Shown here piece after piece: positions 26,701 to 41,371 of a DNA stretch of 64,000 nt (position 1 is its first letter; each line of letters starts with the position of its first letter). This DNA comes from Octopus sinensis. Lineage: Eukaryota. Below the pieces are notes generated by a model. It was not told the origin of the DNA, searched no databases, and was given only the letters and a program-made list of their open reading frames with translations. The translations under genes and the position numbers were made by a program. The stretch covers positions 48,546,001 through 48,610,000 of the forward strand of contig NC_043015.1 of the NCBI RefSeq assembly GCF_006345805.1, written 5' to 3'.

Positions 26701-27842
26701 TTTTGGTCAATACACAATACACACAAAATATTAACTAAGAAACAAAATCAAAATTAATGACAGAGGTGATGTGGTAAAATGGAACTAAGAAAAGATTTAA
26801 TGCTAGCAATATGCTGTGTTAAAGGTAATGAACTGTATCACCTATGTTCATACCTATATGAACAGCATCCTAATGTGAAAAAATTTATTAATTTTATAAA
26901 ATACATTTTCAAATTCAGTTTCCGATTTGTCATGTAACCCAACTGAATACTGGCTAAACTCATGTTTTCTTTTTGGCGATATAAACATAATTTTGAATAA
27001 TTTTATATTTTATCAAATTCATTTGTAATTTGAATAGTTTTGAGACAAAAATTATGCAACAGGTTTAACAACTTCTTGTTGAGTTCTAAAATCTAAATTC
27101 ACAAAATTGTTCTGCAAACAACTTGCACATGCAAGTGCTACCAGTCGAGAGTTCCGCATACTGGAAGCTAGCAAGTGTATGGAGTCATCAGGAGAGAATG
27201 TACACTGTTTCGGGACCTATCTCTCGACGGCATCAATGCACACTGCCCCCCCCCCCCTCACTGATATGAGGCTCTGCTTGCTAGATCAACTGGTTATCAA
27301 ATAAAGCTCAATATTCTTCTAGCCATCGTTCATCATCTCTTTTTAACCAAATCCAGTGGCTAGCCATTTCCACTGTAGTTTGGATATTGGTCATAGCAGT
27401 ATTTACTTTACAAACCCTCTACATCCAACTTTGATTTGAAAATACTACACTTTCTAAGCTGCGTCTTCACATATATACAAAGAGGTTTACATAACAGACA
27501 ATCTTTCGAGCCTGAGTGGCGTACATGTTATCTTCATGAGGAACCATTAACTCGACTAGATTCACAACTTACACACCACATTAATTATTTTAGAATTTTA
27601 TTAAAACACACAAGAGGCATACTTCAGTTAGAATTGGTTAAACTAGATTGCTTAACAATATCTTCAGTTCACATGGATGAACAGTTTTTGTTTATAAATA
27701 AAAATTGCCCTGAATTTAATGAAAGCGAACAATGTTTATTCTTTCATTTTTTTCAATTCAGCCAGAAATATTCCTAATTGTGCATCAATTTATTTGGCAT
27801 TGTAAGTGCATAACAGCTGCACCTTGCCTCATTGTCAACTAC

Positions 27843-28238
27843 TCTCTCTTTACTCTTTTACTCGTTTCAGTCATCTGACTGCGGCAATGCTGGAGCACCG
27901 CCTTTAGTCGAGCAACTCGACCCCGGGACTTATTCTTTTGTAAGCCCAGTACTTATTCTATCGATCTCTTTTTGCCGAGCCGCTAAGTAACGGGGACATA
28001 AACACACCAGCATCGGTTGTCAAGCAATGCTAGGGGGACAAACACAGACACATAAACACATACACGCATATATATATACATACATATATACGACGGGCTT
28101 CTTTCAGTTTCCGTCTACCAAATCCACTCACATGGCTTTGGTCGGCCCGAGGCTATAGTAGAAGACACTTGCTCAAGGTGTCACGCAGTGGGACTGAACC
28201 CGGAACCATGTGGTTGGTAAACAAGCTACTTACCACAC
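27843..28238 (-). mobile_element. tRNA-derived SINE family A with central (TA/TG)n; other copies at 59650-60050(-), 39672-40030(-), 6560-6815(-), 36488-36890(+), 53120-53330(+)
   Basis: Head with A/B-box-like TGTGTGGTAAG...GGTTCAGTCCC; near-identical dispersed copies; (AAAGAGT)-type tail. Confidence 0.85.
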
Positions 28239-28403
28239 TATTTGGATTTTAATTTATTCTAGATATTCTAATTAACTGTCATCCAGTATAAAGATGCAGC
28301 ACACAAACTACATACTCTTTAATTCATTTAATAAAATATTGCAATAAATTAATCCAGTGGATATCTTTGCCTCTACTATCATATGAACGGAATTTAAAAT
28401 AAT

Positions 28404-28617
28404 TTAACTCGTTAGCATTCAAACTGGTCATATCCAGCCCAAATATTCAGTTTTATGCTCAAACTGGTCATGTCCGGCGTCTCACACCTATCTACATAGA
28501 AATTTTTAAATAATCACATCAAATCTCAAAGCTACAAGATAATGCAGGATTAATTCAAAACAATGTGAATAAACAAGCATTGCATTTGACATAAAATTTG
28601 AATGTTAAAAGGGTTAA
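28404..28617. mobile_element. piggyBac-type MITE family 2 (TTAACCCTTTAGCA...TGCTAAAGGGTTAA); other copies at 14847-15054, 23617-23839, 32247-32473, 47049-47258, 58032-58248
   Basis: Six related ~210-225 bp copies in both orientations with TTAA-like ends and CCCTTTAGCA-like TIRs. Confidence 0.8.
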
Positions 28618-30087
28618 AAATTTAAGGACTGCATGCAAGGATCAAGAGATGGAAAATGCATCACATTTCAATAAGAATGTTTTACGGTCATAGGAGAACT
28701 TTGTAAGAGTTTCATGAAATACAATTCAAATATTTATTTCTAATTGCAATAAATGAAAGTACTTCATGATAAACATTAGTTTGAATAAGTTGATAAGTTG
28801 ATCTGAGAGAAAAATTTCCTGTCTTTTGGATGCTAGGTCAGTCCAAAAATATCTTTCCAAATAACCTTAATAAGGATCATAAACTTCCCTGTGTAACTTT
28901 TTACCAATGCAGGAAACACTAATTTCCTTGGGCTCTCCTTTTTTATGATAAAGATGGTGTGAAAACCCATTCTTAATTTATGAGGATATTTTATAAACAC
29001 TGAAGCATCATTGCTACGAAATTGATAGTCTTCAAAATATTCCGAGCAACACTCAAAATACATAAGTGTACTTACTTAAACACACACACACACAAAGTAG
29101 TGCCTTATGTATATATATTAAGTGTGTGTGTGTAAATATTCACTTTTTCCTTTTATGTCATCATTTTTTCATACAATCTACGCTATAAGTGAGATAGAAT
29201 ATATGTTGGAGCCAGTACTTCTACAACAGGATATTCAACCATATATATATATATTTTTTTTTTCAGACAGGCAGAAGCAACAATCAACAATACAATACAA
29301 TACGACAATACAACCACTAAATATGTGTACAATTGCATATATTTGTTTATATATATGTAAATAAACCCTTTACGTTTTTTGATTTCCAATGTGCATTTTC
29401 GCTTTTTTCTTCTTACTTTCCCCTTACATTTCCACGTGTAGTTTCTATTTTCTTTTTGTAACATTTCTATTATATATATATATATGTATGTATGCTGCAG
29501 CATATCCAATTCCCCAGAAATCCAACTCTTTCTTGGGAAGCTGTGTGGGGGAAAAAACACATTATCCAATACACCAACGTACTACTTGCAGGAGCTTTCA
29601 ACAATGCTTCCACTTCCACAGATGCTATCATTTTTCAGCTCTCCCTAACCATTTACAACAATGCTTAACCCTCTCCCACCAAACCTGCATCGCCTCCTAA
29701 AGCGAGACCTCAGAAACATTCCCTGATGGTGTTATGTCAAATATGAATCACTATACATTATCAAGAAAACAATATCAATCCTGACCCAAACATGAACGGA
29801 AAAGCAACTAGCACCCCCAAGGTTACCACAAATATTACATCTCACCTTCGCTAAGGATCTAACATCCTCAACATGGCTAAAATTAATCTCCCTCTTTGGG
29901 ACCAAAAATATCAGCACTGAGGAAATGACAAAAGACCATGAGCTGTGGTGATTTGCTGTACTTAAGATGTGTCAAGCTAAGTAAAATCACAGTCATCCAT
30001 ACATATATTAGGAAGGACAACCAGCTGTAGAAACCATGCTAAGACAGAGAACTGGGGTCTGAACAACAACTGTCAAACCATCTAAAC

Positions 30088-30348
30088 CAGTACTAGTCAA
30101 AGTGATGCTCCACAAGCCATCATCTGCTGGTATGCGGCGAGTTTCCAGAAAAGAAAGAAACCTTATAAGATGCTTATATAATATTGTGTTATTTGTTTAC
30201 AAAATAAATATAAGATAAAAAAAAAAATGTTAACGTTTATTATATTCATTATATATATTGTTTCCGGTTTAAATTAATATTACCAGCCCCTGGTACACTG
30301 GAAAAACAAACTGCCAGTATGCCACATCAGATAGTTTGAGAAGCACTG
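30088..30348. mobile_element. hAT (Charlie-like) MITE inserted in an RTE tail
   Basis: CAGT...TCAAA / TTTGAGAAGCACTG ends; 8-bp TSD ATCTAAAC/GTCTAAAC. Confidence 0.7.
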
Positions 30349-31664
30349 GTCTAAACCTGGTCTAACCCATGCCAGCACAGGAAATGGATGTTAAACAATG
30401 ATGATGACACATACTCTAACAATTGGTAAATTTTTGAAAAACTCAAGCAAGATCACTGCCCCTGTATACATACAAACATCATAAACCATTTGACTGACAT
30501 ACAAGGGTGTATGTAACAAAGTAATTTAAAACCTCTAGACAGCAAAATGTTCAAATTCAATAGATTTCATTTTCTCTATCTCTATAAAGGCGTCTTTTAA
30601 ATAGGCTCACAGCCCCATGAAAATAACCCTAGAAGAAAATACATTCTCTTACATCCATGTCCCATCAGGTTTTCCGCTATTATCTTTGGCTATAAAATCA
30701 ACTGATTTAAAGCATATTCTTTGTTAAGTTCTCTTTTGCACATAAACTCCCACATTTCTTTGTCTTTTTCCCCTTACATGTTTTTTTTAAATTTCAAGTA
30801 ATAAGAAGAGTAGTCTATAATATACAACAGCTTCAATTGTTTTCACTTTATGAGTAACCAGCAGCAGGATTTCTGAAACTCAGATCCATTTTCAGTTTAT
30901 TTAGAATATAGGCCAGAACATTTTAAAAAGAAAATTTTTTATGGTGGTGAGTGGGCATTGGTAAAAGAGCAATGCTGTCCTAAATAAAATTTTTAATTTA
31001 TCTAAAATACCGGGCTATTATTAGATTGAAATCTACCTCACTGGCTACATGTAAGTTAGTTTTTATACAATGGCTGCTCCTTAGCCCTATCAAACCTGGG
31101 ACCCTTGGGCCTAACTTTACCCTCCACCTGTGCTCCTGAGCAAAAACAAAATAAGAAGTTGCATAATCAGCTAAAGATTAAGAATTGCAAGCAAACTCAT
31201 GGACAGGATCACAAAAACAAACATTCAGAACAACAATAGGCCTTTCTCTCAACTACCGTATTTGTTCACTTGAATTACTATTTTCCTCATCCCTTTCACC
31301 AGTTTGATTGTCCGAATCACACATTGCTAGTGTAAGGGTAAGCTCTTTGTCCAAACAATAAATATCCTCAATTTCCTCAACTGCAAGAGTCTAAGTCTTG
31401 GTCATTTACAAGACAAAGTGCAGAGTTCATCACACACTCATTGTTTTTATTTCATTAAAAACAAAAGTAAACACCAGCTGTGGAGGACACCATTAACAAA
31501 TGAGTTATAAACACACTTGACTACAAAGCTGCAATGTGAACAATTGTCTAATATTAGTATTTTAACTACTACTTCTTAGTGTGTTGTTCATTACCGCTTT
31601 AGTAATCCATCAGAGATGATGTTCAAGTCCTTCAAGCGATAGTTGGCAAAACAGCACGACAGGG

Positions 31665-31890
31665 TTAACCCTTTTGTTACTGTATTTATTTTGAGATGCT
31701 CTGTGTTTCTTTCAATAAATTTTAAATATAACAAAGAATTTAATAAAAGAACTTAGTTATCATTAAACTAGTGTTGGGAACATAAATTGTGACTAAGGTT
31801 TGATGGAATATTTTAATTCAGTACTTATGAAAGACATTTGTACTACAGAGCCAGAGGCGGTTTTGGCCAGGTTGGTATCAAAAGGGTTAA
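31665..31890. mobile_element. piggyBac-type MITE family 1 (~225 bp); other copies at 48795-49021, 54228-54456 and 19806-20030, degenerate copies at 460-736 and 32970-33240
   Basis: TTAA-CCCTTT(C/T)GTTAC ... GT(A/T)CGAAAGGG-TTAA ends and a shared internal sequence. Confidence 0.85.
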
Positions 31891-34849
31891 AGACCTGTCC
31901 TCTCATCAATCTTCTGCTTGTCAATCAATTTTTAAAGACCAATATTTTACAAGCAGCCCTTCCTTAACAAAACCCTAATTTCTGATCCACTGCTACAACA
32001 CATAACATTCAGCTATTAACGAATGAATCTTTTTGCATATTACTATTTACCCCCAGGACATGTAAACCTCCATAAACTCTACCTTCTCTTACACAGCACT
32101 CATTCCAAAACTTAAAATTATCTTTTTACTACATTTAAAAAAAATTAAGTCTCCTCGCAAATACTATCAGAAGTTATTGTATATTTATCTGAAAATATAA
32201 CAGCAGGCAATTTTTTTTTGTTTCCTTACATCCCCAAGACATTCCCATAACCCTTCAGCATTTAAACCTGCCATATGAAGCCCAATATTCTACCTGTTTT
32301 ATGTTCAAACTGGCCAGACCTGGCCTTTCACACCTACCCTACAATGCCATTCTAAAAATAAACGATCACATCATTGAAATCTTGAGGCTATGACATAATA
32401 CATGATTAATGCAAAACAATGTGAATAAATAAGCATTACATTTGATAGAGCAATCTAAATGCTAAAGAGTTAGCCTAAAATATCTTATTTTCTTTTTACA
32501 CTGATTAAAAAACATCTTTATATTTAAAAAGAAACTCATCACAAAAAACAACTCTTAGCACTTAACTACCTTTTGCCATTTTTAATTTTTGCAAACCCAC
32601 TAAAATAATTCTATTTTAAGCAGAAGGCCCGAAATTTATAGAAAGGGGCCTAGTCGATTACATCAACCCCAATGTTCAACCGGTACTTATTTTATTAACT
32701 TAAGAAGACGAATGGCAAAGTTGGCATCAATGGAATCTGAATGTAGAATGTAAAGCCAGAAGAAAGGCTATTAAGCATTTTGATTGGTTTGCAAACGATT
32801 CTGCTACTCTGCCATTCTGATGCCAATTCTAACAATTCTTCCAATCCCTCTCCAAACCTACTAAAGTAATGCCATCATTCGAGGTGGAACCGTTTGCAAT
32901 AATCTTGGAACAGATTATTAAATTATAAGACTGGAGGCATTTGTCACATTCTTCATCAGCTGTTTGCTATTAACCCATTCATTAACACATTTCTAATGAC
33001 ATATACATCCTGTACCCTTCAATTCATTGTGAAACTAATCAAGACAATGTTTTTGTCCTTCAGCTGATGCTTGGAACACTAACAACCCAAAAAACTCTAG
33101 ATATAAAATTATAAAACATTTAAACTGAAATATCTTTCTATTGATACAGACTACTTTTGGTTTTGTATCCTAGAACCAAAAGTAGTTTCTGTATCAATAG
33201 GAAGACATACCAATAACCAACTTTTCCAGCAGAAGGTTAAGTTATTATTACTGGATCTGTGTGTCACCCCGCCCTTACCATAACTCAAAAGCTGCTTTCA
33301 GTAAATCCTGCATTCTGTCCAGTTATCAAGCACAACCCCTCTATAAAACTGTGGATGGTTTCCCTATCATCTCACAACTAGTCCCAGTGTTTGCTTTAAT
33401 CATCAAGGTTTTTGTCTTTTTATCTGTTTTCCATAGGAACAGGGTTTGATTATCCATTATGGTTCAAGCCATTTCTTGGAGTAAGTGCTCTCTTAGATGA
33501 GTTGGCAGACCACATCTAACATATTCCATTTTTGGTATTATTTCTAAAGTTGGATGCTCTTCATAACCATCCATTTTAAAGTATATGCAAGACATTTTCT
33601 GACACCAGTACTACAGAAACTATCATGCCATTAACAAGACACTGTCTCCATTAATTCATCAACCATGCTATAGAGTGTATTGAGTGCATTTTATTATTGC
33701 GTTAGCCCAATATCTACACAACACTATAATACCAAGCTGTCTGCTTGTATTTTTCATGTGTGTGTGTGTGAGAGATCGATACCAATTGGTTTGGATCTTA
33801 TTCACTGTGGTTAACTCTGTAGCATTCCAGCATGAGCTAGCAGTGATCTCACATCATATTATGTAATATATCCTGTGCAAATACATTACTATGCTATTGA
33901 AACATTTGTAGCATGATTTGAACTACTGACTGTCTATTCATCTTCATTTATACAAATATATAGTGATGATTAAATAATGAGAAAACACATGAATGATTAA
34001 TTTATTTCATCCTTTACATACATTTCAATGGTGTAAAATTAGTGAGAATCCTTTTCAGAAACTGAACAATAACATGAATGCAAAAAGATACTTCATAGAA
34101 AGTATTTAAATGTTAAGAAATCTACGACAATAATACTGACACATTACTCGTTTCAAAAAATGCTACAAAGTTTGACAGGCAAAGGGACTAAATAATATAT
34201 GATTATGTAAGGAATCTAAATAAAAAAAAAAAGATGGCAGTTTGCTTGTAAACCACCCCCACAAATCAAAGAAAGGACAAAGAAAAAAAATACATTCATT
34301 GGAAAATAAAATACACTTGTACAGACTTAGGTAAGATATAAGATATACAGTAATGCCTTGATCATCATCGTTTAACGTCCGTTCTCCATGCTAGCATGGG
34401 TTGGACGGTTCGACCGGGGATCTGGGAAGCCAGGAGGCTGCACCAGGCTCCAGTCTTATCTTGCAATGATTCTACAGCTGGATGCCCTTCCTAACGCCAA
34501 CCACTCCGTGAGTGTAGTGGGTGCTTTTTATGTGAGTTAATTCATTCCCAGAGACCACTTGTAAAGTAGAGCAATAATTTCCCATAGTAGCAATGTTATA
34601 AATTGTAATTTGTCCCCAGAAATATATTTTACCTATAAAATTCATCACACTCATAAATAAATGGCAATAAAAAAAACAGTAGAATATAAAGAATATTTTA
34701 TGTAAAGTAAAAAGAATGTCAAGATCATTTATAAAAAATATTATTATAATCATTTTCTGAATCATTTTCACTTACACTAGACTCACGCACACTATCACTT
34801 GTAGATGCAATTGTCAATTCACAAGCACTCATGAATGGACTTGTAGATT

Positions 34850-35000
34850 TCTTTTTAAAAAGAAGTCTAGAGTTGTTTGCTTTGAAGAAGCTTTTTTTCG
34901 CTCTCTATAAGTTTCTTGATAACACACAGAAGCATTTATGGTAGTAGAAACTTTTGCACTTTGTTCGAAATTTAGATCTTTTGCTTGAAAAATAAAACTT
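34850..35000 (-). mobile_element. Tigger transposase C-terminal remnant
   Basis: Reads DLNFEQSAKV...CYQETYRERKKASSKQTTLDFFLK, resembling the Tigger1-type C-terminus. Confidence 0.6.
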
Positions 35001-36247
35001 GTAAATCCAGGGTCTTGTAAAGTGGGTGGGTCCTCGCAAAGTGAGGTATTACTGTACTAACATAGGAACAATTATGTGGACAAATTATAATATACATTCA
35101 TATGAATATATACAAACCACTCTTTTCCAACTGAGGTATACATGTATCTATTCTACAGTAGGTCACCTATCTCTGTCTCTTGACACAAAGCCACCCACCC
35201 TTCAATACTACTACTCCTTCCCAGTTGAGGGACTTCTATCTTGCAAGGTACCTAGTGACTGTCACCATAAAAATCACCCACGCCCGTGCTGTATAAAAGC
35301 ACCCAGTACACACTTAAGTGGTTGGCGTTAAGGGCATCCAACCATAGAATCCCTGCCAAAACCGACATGGAACCTGAACAGCCCATCAGCTCCTGTCAAA
35401 CCATCCAACCTATGTCAGCATGGAAAATGGGACGTTAAATGATGATAGTCAAACATTCACGTACCTGTTTAGAAAGATATTTTTTGCATTTTCCTTATTT
35501 AATATGTAGTCCAAGGTTGTTACAACTATATACTTGCATATGATCAGGTATTTAGTAAAATACATTTTGTGGCACATGGCTCAGTGGTTAGATTGTACAT
35601 CTCACAATCATGAGGTAGCGAGTTCAATTCCCAGAATGGGTTGTGTTGTGTTCTTGAGCAAGACACTTTATTTCACTTTTCTCCAGTTTACTCAGCTGTA
35701 GAAATGAGTTGCAACGTCACTGGTGCTAAGCTGTATTGGCCTTTGCCTTTCTCTTGGATAACATCAGTGGCGTGGAGAAGCAAGGCTAGTATGCATGGGT
35801 GACTGCTGGTCTTCCATAAAACAACCTTGTCCGGACATGTGCCTCAGTGGGTAACTTTCTAGGTGCAACCCCATGGTCATTCATGAGCGAAGGTGTCTTT
35901 ACCCTTACTGGAGTGCAACAGATCACAGGCAGTTCTAAAGAAATGGTTATAATATGTCAGGCTATATCAAGGAACTTCAACAAATTTTGTGTGCACATGT
36001 ATGAATTAGCAGTGAGGTATGAGGCTACCATAAAATACCAATCTATTTCTCATTGAAAGAACTTGTGGTTAGACCTGGACAGAGAGGGACCCAGCCAAGT
36101 TTAGATACCCAAAGCACTTGGATATCATAACAAGTGCTTATCTTAAGGCAACTGCTATGGCTGCTTCAGCCATGGTACCAGAGGCACATCAATATAATTA
36201 TATATGAAGGTGGAACTTCATGTCTTCAATACAGCAGTCATGCTCAG

Positions 36248-36277
<30 letters not shown>

Positions 36278-36279
<2 letters not shown>

Positions 36280-36437
36280 CTTTATTTAAAGCAGCAGAAA
36301 ATTCAACAAAACCTTTTACTCTGAGTTTCCCGTTCCCGTTCGTCGGACAGTTTTTGCTTTAAATAAAGCATATTACTCTACCACTGGTATTTGAGTACTC
36401 TTTTTTCCACCTTGTTTCACATTTATGTGTTTACTCC

Positions 36438-36440
<3 letters not shown>
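36278..36440 (-). ncRNA. Second member of the same hammerhead-bearing family, embedded in (TA)n
   Basis: Minus strand CTGT-CCGACGA-ACG-GGAA-CGG-GAAA-CTC-A-GAG-TA; 16-bp inverted segments; tail homologous to 63916-63985. Confidence 0.7.
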
Positions 36441-36489
<49 letters not shown>

Positions 36490-36637
36490 AGCAGGTGTGG
36501 CAAGTTGCTTGCTTCCCAACCACATGGTTTCAGGTTAAGTCCCACTGCATGGAACCTTGGGCAAATGTCTTCTACTATAGCCTTGGGCTGATCAAAGCCT
36601 TGAGTGGATTCAGTAGATGGTAAACTGAAAGAAGCCC

Positions 36638-36697
<60 letters not shown>

Positions 36698-36889
36698 CCC
36701 CACTACCACTTGACAAATAGAGTTGGTGTGTTTACATCCCCCATAACTTAGCAGTTCAGCAAAAGAAGGCTGAGAGAATAAGTACAAGTCAAAAAAAAAA
36801 AAGTATGGAGAGAATAATTCACCTAACTAAAAATTCAAAGTGGTGCCCCAGTATGGCTGCAAGCAAGTCACAAACAAATAAAAGAAAAG

Positions 36890-36920
<31 letters not shown>

Positions 36921-39191
36921 CATCATTTTAATGTTCACTTTTCCAGATTTGCATGGGTCAGATAAATTTTATTGAAGCAGTCTTTTTTTTACAGCTATAT
37001 ACCCTTCCGGCTGCTCAACCTTTACCTGTTTCCAAGCAAGGTATTATTTCCATGGTCAGATATGTTTACACAGAATATTTGAAATGAACAACATTCATTT
37101 ACTTTACAACAATCCCTCAATGTGAACATACATGGACACACGATGGAACCCTTTCAACTTACAGCCTACCAAATCCACTCCCAAGGCTTTGGTCGACCCA
37201 GGGCTATAGTAGAAAACACTTGTCCAAGTGACCACATGACTTTTTCTTGTAGCATCTGAAGTTGTCATGTCTTTAGCAACAATAAACAATCCTCTCTACC
37301 TTATATTGTTTAATTCATCAATCACTTCAGAGTGTATTGAATGCATTTTATTATGGCACCAACACCAGAGAGGTTGTCATGCCTTTGAAAAAGCTAAACT
37401 GTCCTCTCTATGTTGTGTGTTCATTTAAGGTAAATGTGACAATGAGAGGAGAAGCAGTGATGAAGTGGGAGGGGAAGAGGGAGAAATTAATAAGCAGCTA
37501 CATGTTGGTTGTTGGTAAAGATATTGAATAGCAAAACATCTTAAGCAGCCAAATGGGACAAAGAGTGACAGAATGATGGAAAAAAAGAAAATGTCAACAA
37601 AGAGCAACAGAAGAGATAACAGGGAGTGAAGGAAAGCAATAAACTGGAGGAGAGATGGGGTGATACTAATGAAGAGTGACACTGTGAGAGTGAAGGTTGG
37701 GGCTAGAATGAAGAAGGTAACGGTGGGAATGAAGGTAATGGTGGGAAAGCAGTAGAGTGCTAAAGAGGTGAAATTAGATCAAATGTCATTCTTCTGATAC
37801 AAATATTGATGTACAGTGAAAGAGGGTTAGTAATAGAGGACAGCAGGTATAGAGTTAATGGGGTAGAGAACTGATGTACGTATACATCGCAACCTTCACT
37901 ATTCTGACAGGTGGGCAGCAGAGCTTCTCCAACATTGTATTGCTACTCATAATTCTAGTAATCACCTTCATGAGGTTTAGCTTATTAAGGCTAGTCTTCA
38001 TTATTCCAACCCAAGTCTTTGCAGTTTCTCTTCAAATTCAAGTAGTCAGCACTTATATATAATAGACGTCCCCCATATACACCATTATTCATACCTGTAT
38101 AAATACAGCCTTCTCTTTGCACACTACATTGGATTCCTCATACATCCAGCTTTTTACAATGCATTTGCACTCCATCACTCACAAACACTACATCAAAAGT
38201 GCAATGAAGCATGCATGCTGCTTTTCTTTCTGGCCACAACAAATCTCACATTCAAGCCCTATATTTTGCTACCATGTAACATCACATTCCATACACAAGT
38301 AATCCTTTGCTATCAACAAAACTTATCCCATCCCATTCTTACTTTCGTAACATCCACCTCTACTGCATCAAAAGCTGTTTGTTTCCTCTGTGAGATTTCC
38401 CATCATCTGAAGGAATTTATTTCACATGTAATCTTACTACCAATTATTAACAGGCATCTGCTACATACAAAGTCTACCTGTAATCCCACATCTCTTGTGT
38501 ATCTACAATTTACACTGGGAATAGCACATGACATTTCTAACTCTTTTTTTTCTGTATAATAAACATACCCATTTCTCTGATGGTAGCAGGGTCCTGTCTT
38601 TTCTATGGGCTAAAATTTTATTTAGTCTTAAAAGGGCATCTTAAGTTCAAGGATATTTTACTGGACTCCTCAAGTTAAATGAAATTTCATTTCCTTAAAC
38701 TCTGAAGAGAAGAAGACCATTTGGAAGATTCTCTACCATCACTGACTGAAGAACATCAACATTTCAGACAGTAAAATCTGTGTTGAAAATAAAATCCACT
38801 GTTACATTTCTATCATCTACTCGTTCAGACATACACACATGCACCTAAAATATCATTCTACATGTTTGATCCTGATCAGCATCATGGAATTTGGGATGAA
38901 GTTTTGCAATTGGACGCTCATCCAAACAAAAATTGCATTGTTGGAACAGATCAAGTGCTTTTCAAGATACCAGCATCAACAGATTTGTGTATGTAGAGTC
39001 AAGCGAGAGTGGGTGCAGTTGTAATGTTAATGATCATCATTTCAAAAATAAATGTTGCACTCCTGAGTAACATACATAACTGATTTCTTTAGTCTACTGA
39101 CAAACAGATTCCACCCCTTGCACAATCATGGGTAAATGGATTTAAAACCCTCACCCACTACTTATTACATAAGCTGAACATCACCACATCA

Positions 39192-39265
39192 AACCAGCTC
39201 AAAAGAACGAACTAAGGTTATGGACCCTAACCAGCTCAAAAGAATGAACTAAGGTTATGGACCCT
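39192..39265. repeat. 37-bp tandem duplication
   Basis: AACCAGCTCAAAAGAA(C/T)GAACTAAGGTTATGGACCCT x2, one mismatch. Confidence 0.95.
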
Positions 39266-40654
39266 CTTACATAGTCTAAATCTCAAACAATATGTAGTAG
39301 ACATAAAACTTCAATACTTTACAACTGAGAGTATCCCTCAGTATCTCCTTTTAAATTATTGCTAATCTGATCTCTCACCTAATCATTTTCAGCTCTCACT
39401 TTCATGGTCCAGACCAAATTGTTCCAAGTTTTAACAGTGATCACTAATTCCAAATGTTAATGGCTCAAAGGCATTTCCTCTATTACTATTCTTCAAATTA
39501 ATATGCAATTCTCTATGTCAACAGGTTTAGAGTTAAAAGCAGATTTTAATCCAATCTGAACTAATTCAATATACCAGCAGTTGCACTCTGTAATCATGAA
39601 TCCTTCATTTCCTAGATCTTCAACCTGAAGTAGCTGCTCAAACAAAGTTTGGAATATTTCTTGCAAAGATATTCTTTTATGTGTTTTCATTTGATTGTGG
39701 CCATGCTGGAGCACCACCTTGAAGTATTTTAGTTGAACAAATCAACCTCAGGACTTCTTTTCTTTTAAAGTCTAGTACTTATTCAATTGGCCTCTTTTGC
39801 TGAACCACTAAGTTATGGGGGATGTGAACATACCAACATTGGTTGTCAAGCAATGATGGGGGGAACAAACACACAACGGGCTTCTTTCAGTTTCTGTCTA
39901 CCAAATTGACTCACATGGTTTTGGTCAGCCCAAGGATATAGTAGAAGACACATGTCGAAGGTGCCACACAGTGGGACTGAACCCGGAACCATGTGTTTGG
40001 GAAGCAAGATTCTTACCACACAGCCATGCCTGAACCAATGTTAGGAAAGAAATTTTGCCTTCCTTCAATTTTTTTTTTCCTGAAGAAATTCCAATCTATT
40101 CCAACATTCACAGGACTTCCCTTCTTGCTGGTTCTTAAATGATTTCATTAAATCTCCCTCTGCCTCTAAATTTACCATTAACATCCACTTTATCTCTTCT
40201 GACCACCCACCTTTGTCAACCACTCATTTCACTCTTTCCATTCTATAATAGTAAATGTTTTGCATTAAATATACAACTTTTCTCAAGCAATCTATTTTCA
40301 ATTAACCATCTTTGAAGAGCCAATCTACCATTCAACAAGCATGTGGTCTCTGAAATAAAGGAATATAAAACTGTGCTACATTTCTCCAAAACAGAAACTA
40401 CAAGCCAATGAGTCTTTCACCACAATTGTTCCACTGGCTAAAAATAACACTCAAAACTTTTTAAAATCTTACTTTACCATCTTATGAAAAAAAAAAAAAA
40501 AAAAGGCTGCATTGGCTCACATAGATTAAGATAACACTAAAAAAATATTGCAGAAAGGGATAATGATGTGACTACCTGTTACCATACACCTCAAATCAAG
40601 ACTCACCTTAGAGTAAACAACTACATGACTAACCTAAAGTTGCTAAAACAATCA

Positions 40655-41013
40655 TTTTTAACATCTACTTTTCCATGCTTGTATCGGTCAGATGGAATTT
40701 ATTGAGGCAGATTTTCTATAGCAGGATGCCCCTCCTGTCACCAGCTCTTGTTTCCAAGCAAAGTAATATTTCCCTGTGGATGGACATTTTTCATGGAAGA
40801 CTGATGCTAATGCTCATTTACAACCACCCCATGTCACACAAGAATGGACAGGGACACACACACACACACGATGGATTTCTTTCAGTTTCCACGTACCAAA
40901 TCTACAAACAACACTTTGCTCGGCCCAGGAAGATACTTCCCCAAGTGCCATGCATAAGGACTGAACCTGAAACCATGTGGCTGACAGCAAGCCTCTTAAC
41001 CACACAGCCACAT
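40655..41013 (-). mobile_element. SINE with family-A tRNA head and RTE-derived tail; other copies at 19095-19465(-), 16176-16640(+), 36918-37235(-), 50319-51978(+, split by mariner), 62545-63105(+, split by another SINE)
   Basis: Shares the 5' head with family A and the 3' end (CCCATGCAAGCATGGAAAAGTGGACGTTAAA(TGA)n) with the RTE LINE. Confidence 0.75.
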
Positions 41014-41340
41014 CTAACTCTGTTATGAATTTCAGTATCCGACAGTAATTGTGCAAAGTTTGTTATATGTGGATTGTGTGGCGTTAATGAGTTGCAGTTG
41101 TATAGAATGTGAAGATAAAATATGAACAAAACATTTCCAAATTTCCTTAAATCTGACCAGCCACCAGTTGTGGTGTCTAGTCCTCTGCATTTTATATAAC
41201 TGTGACAATAGAAATATACTTGTTAAACTCTTTCACATTCAGTGAAGGAGTTTCACTTTGAAAACGGAAAGTTCTTAACTTCGAAACGACATTTTCACAC
41301 ACAACCCATCATATCTTCTAGTGAAGCATTCATTAAAAAA

Positions 41341-41371
<31 letters not shown>

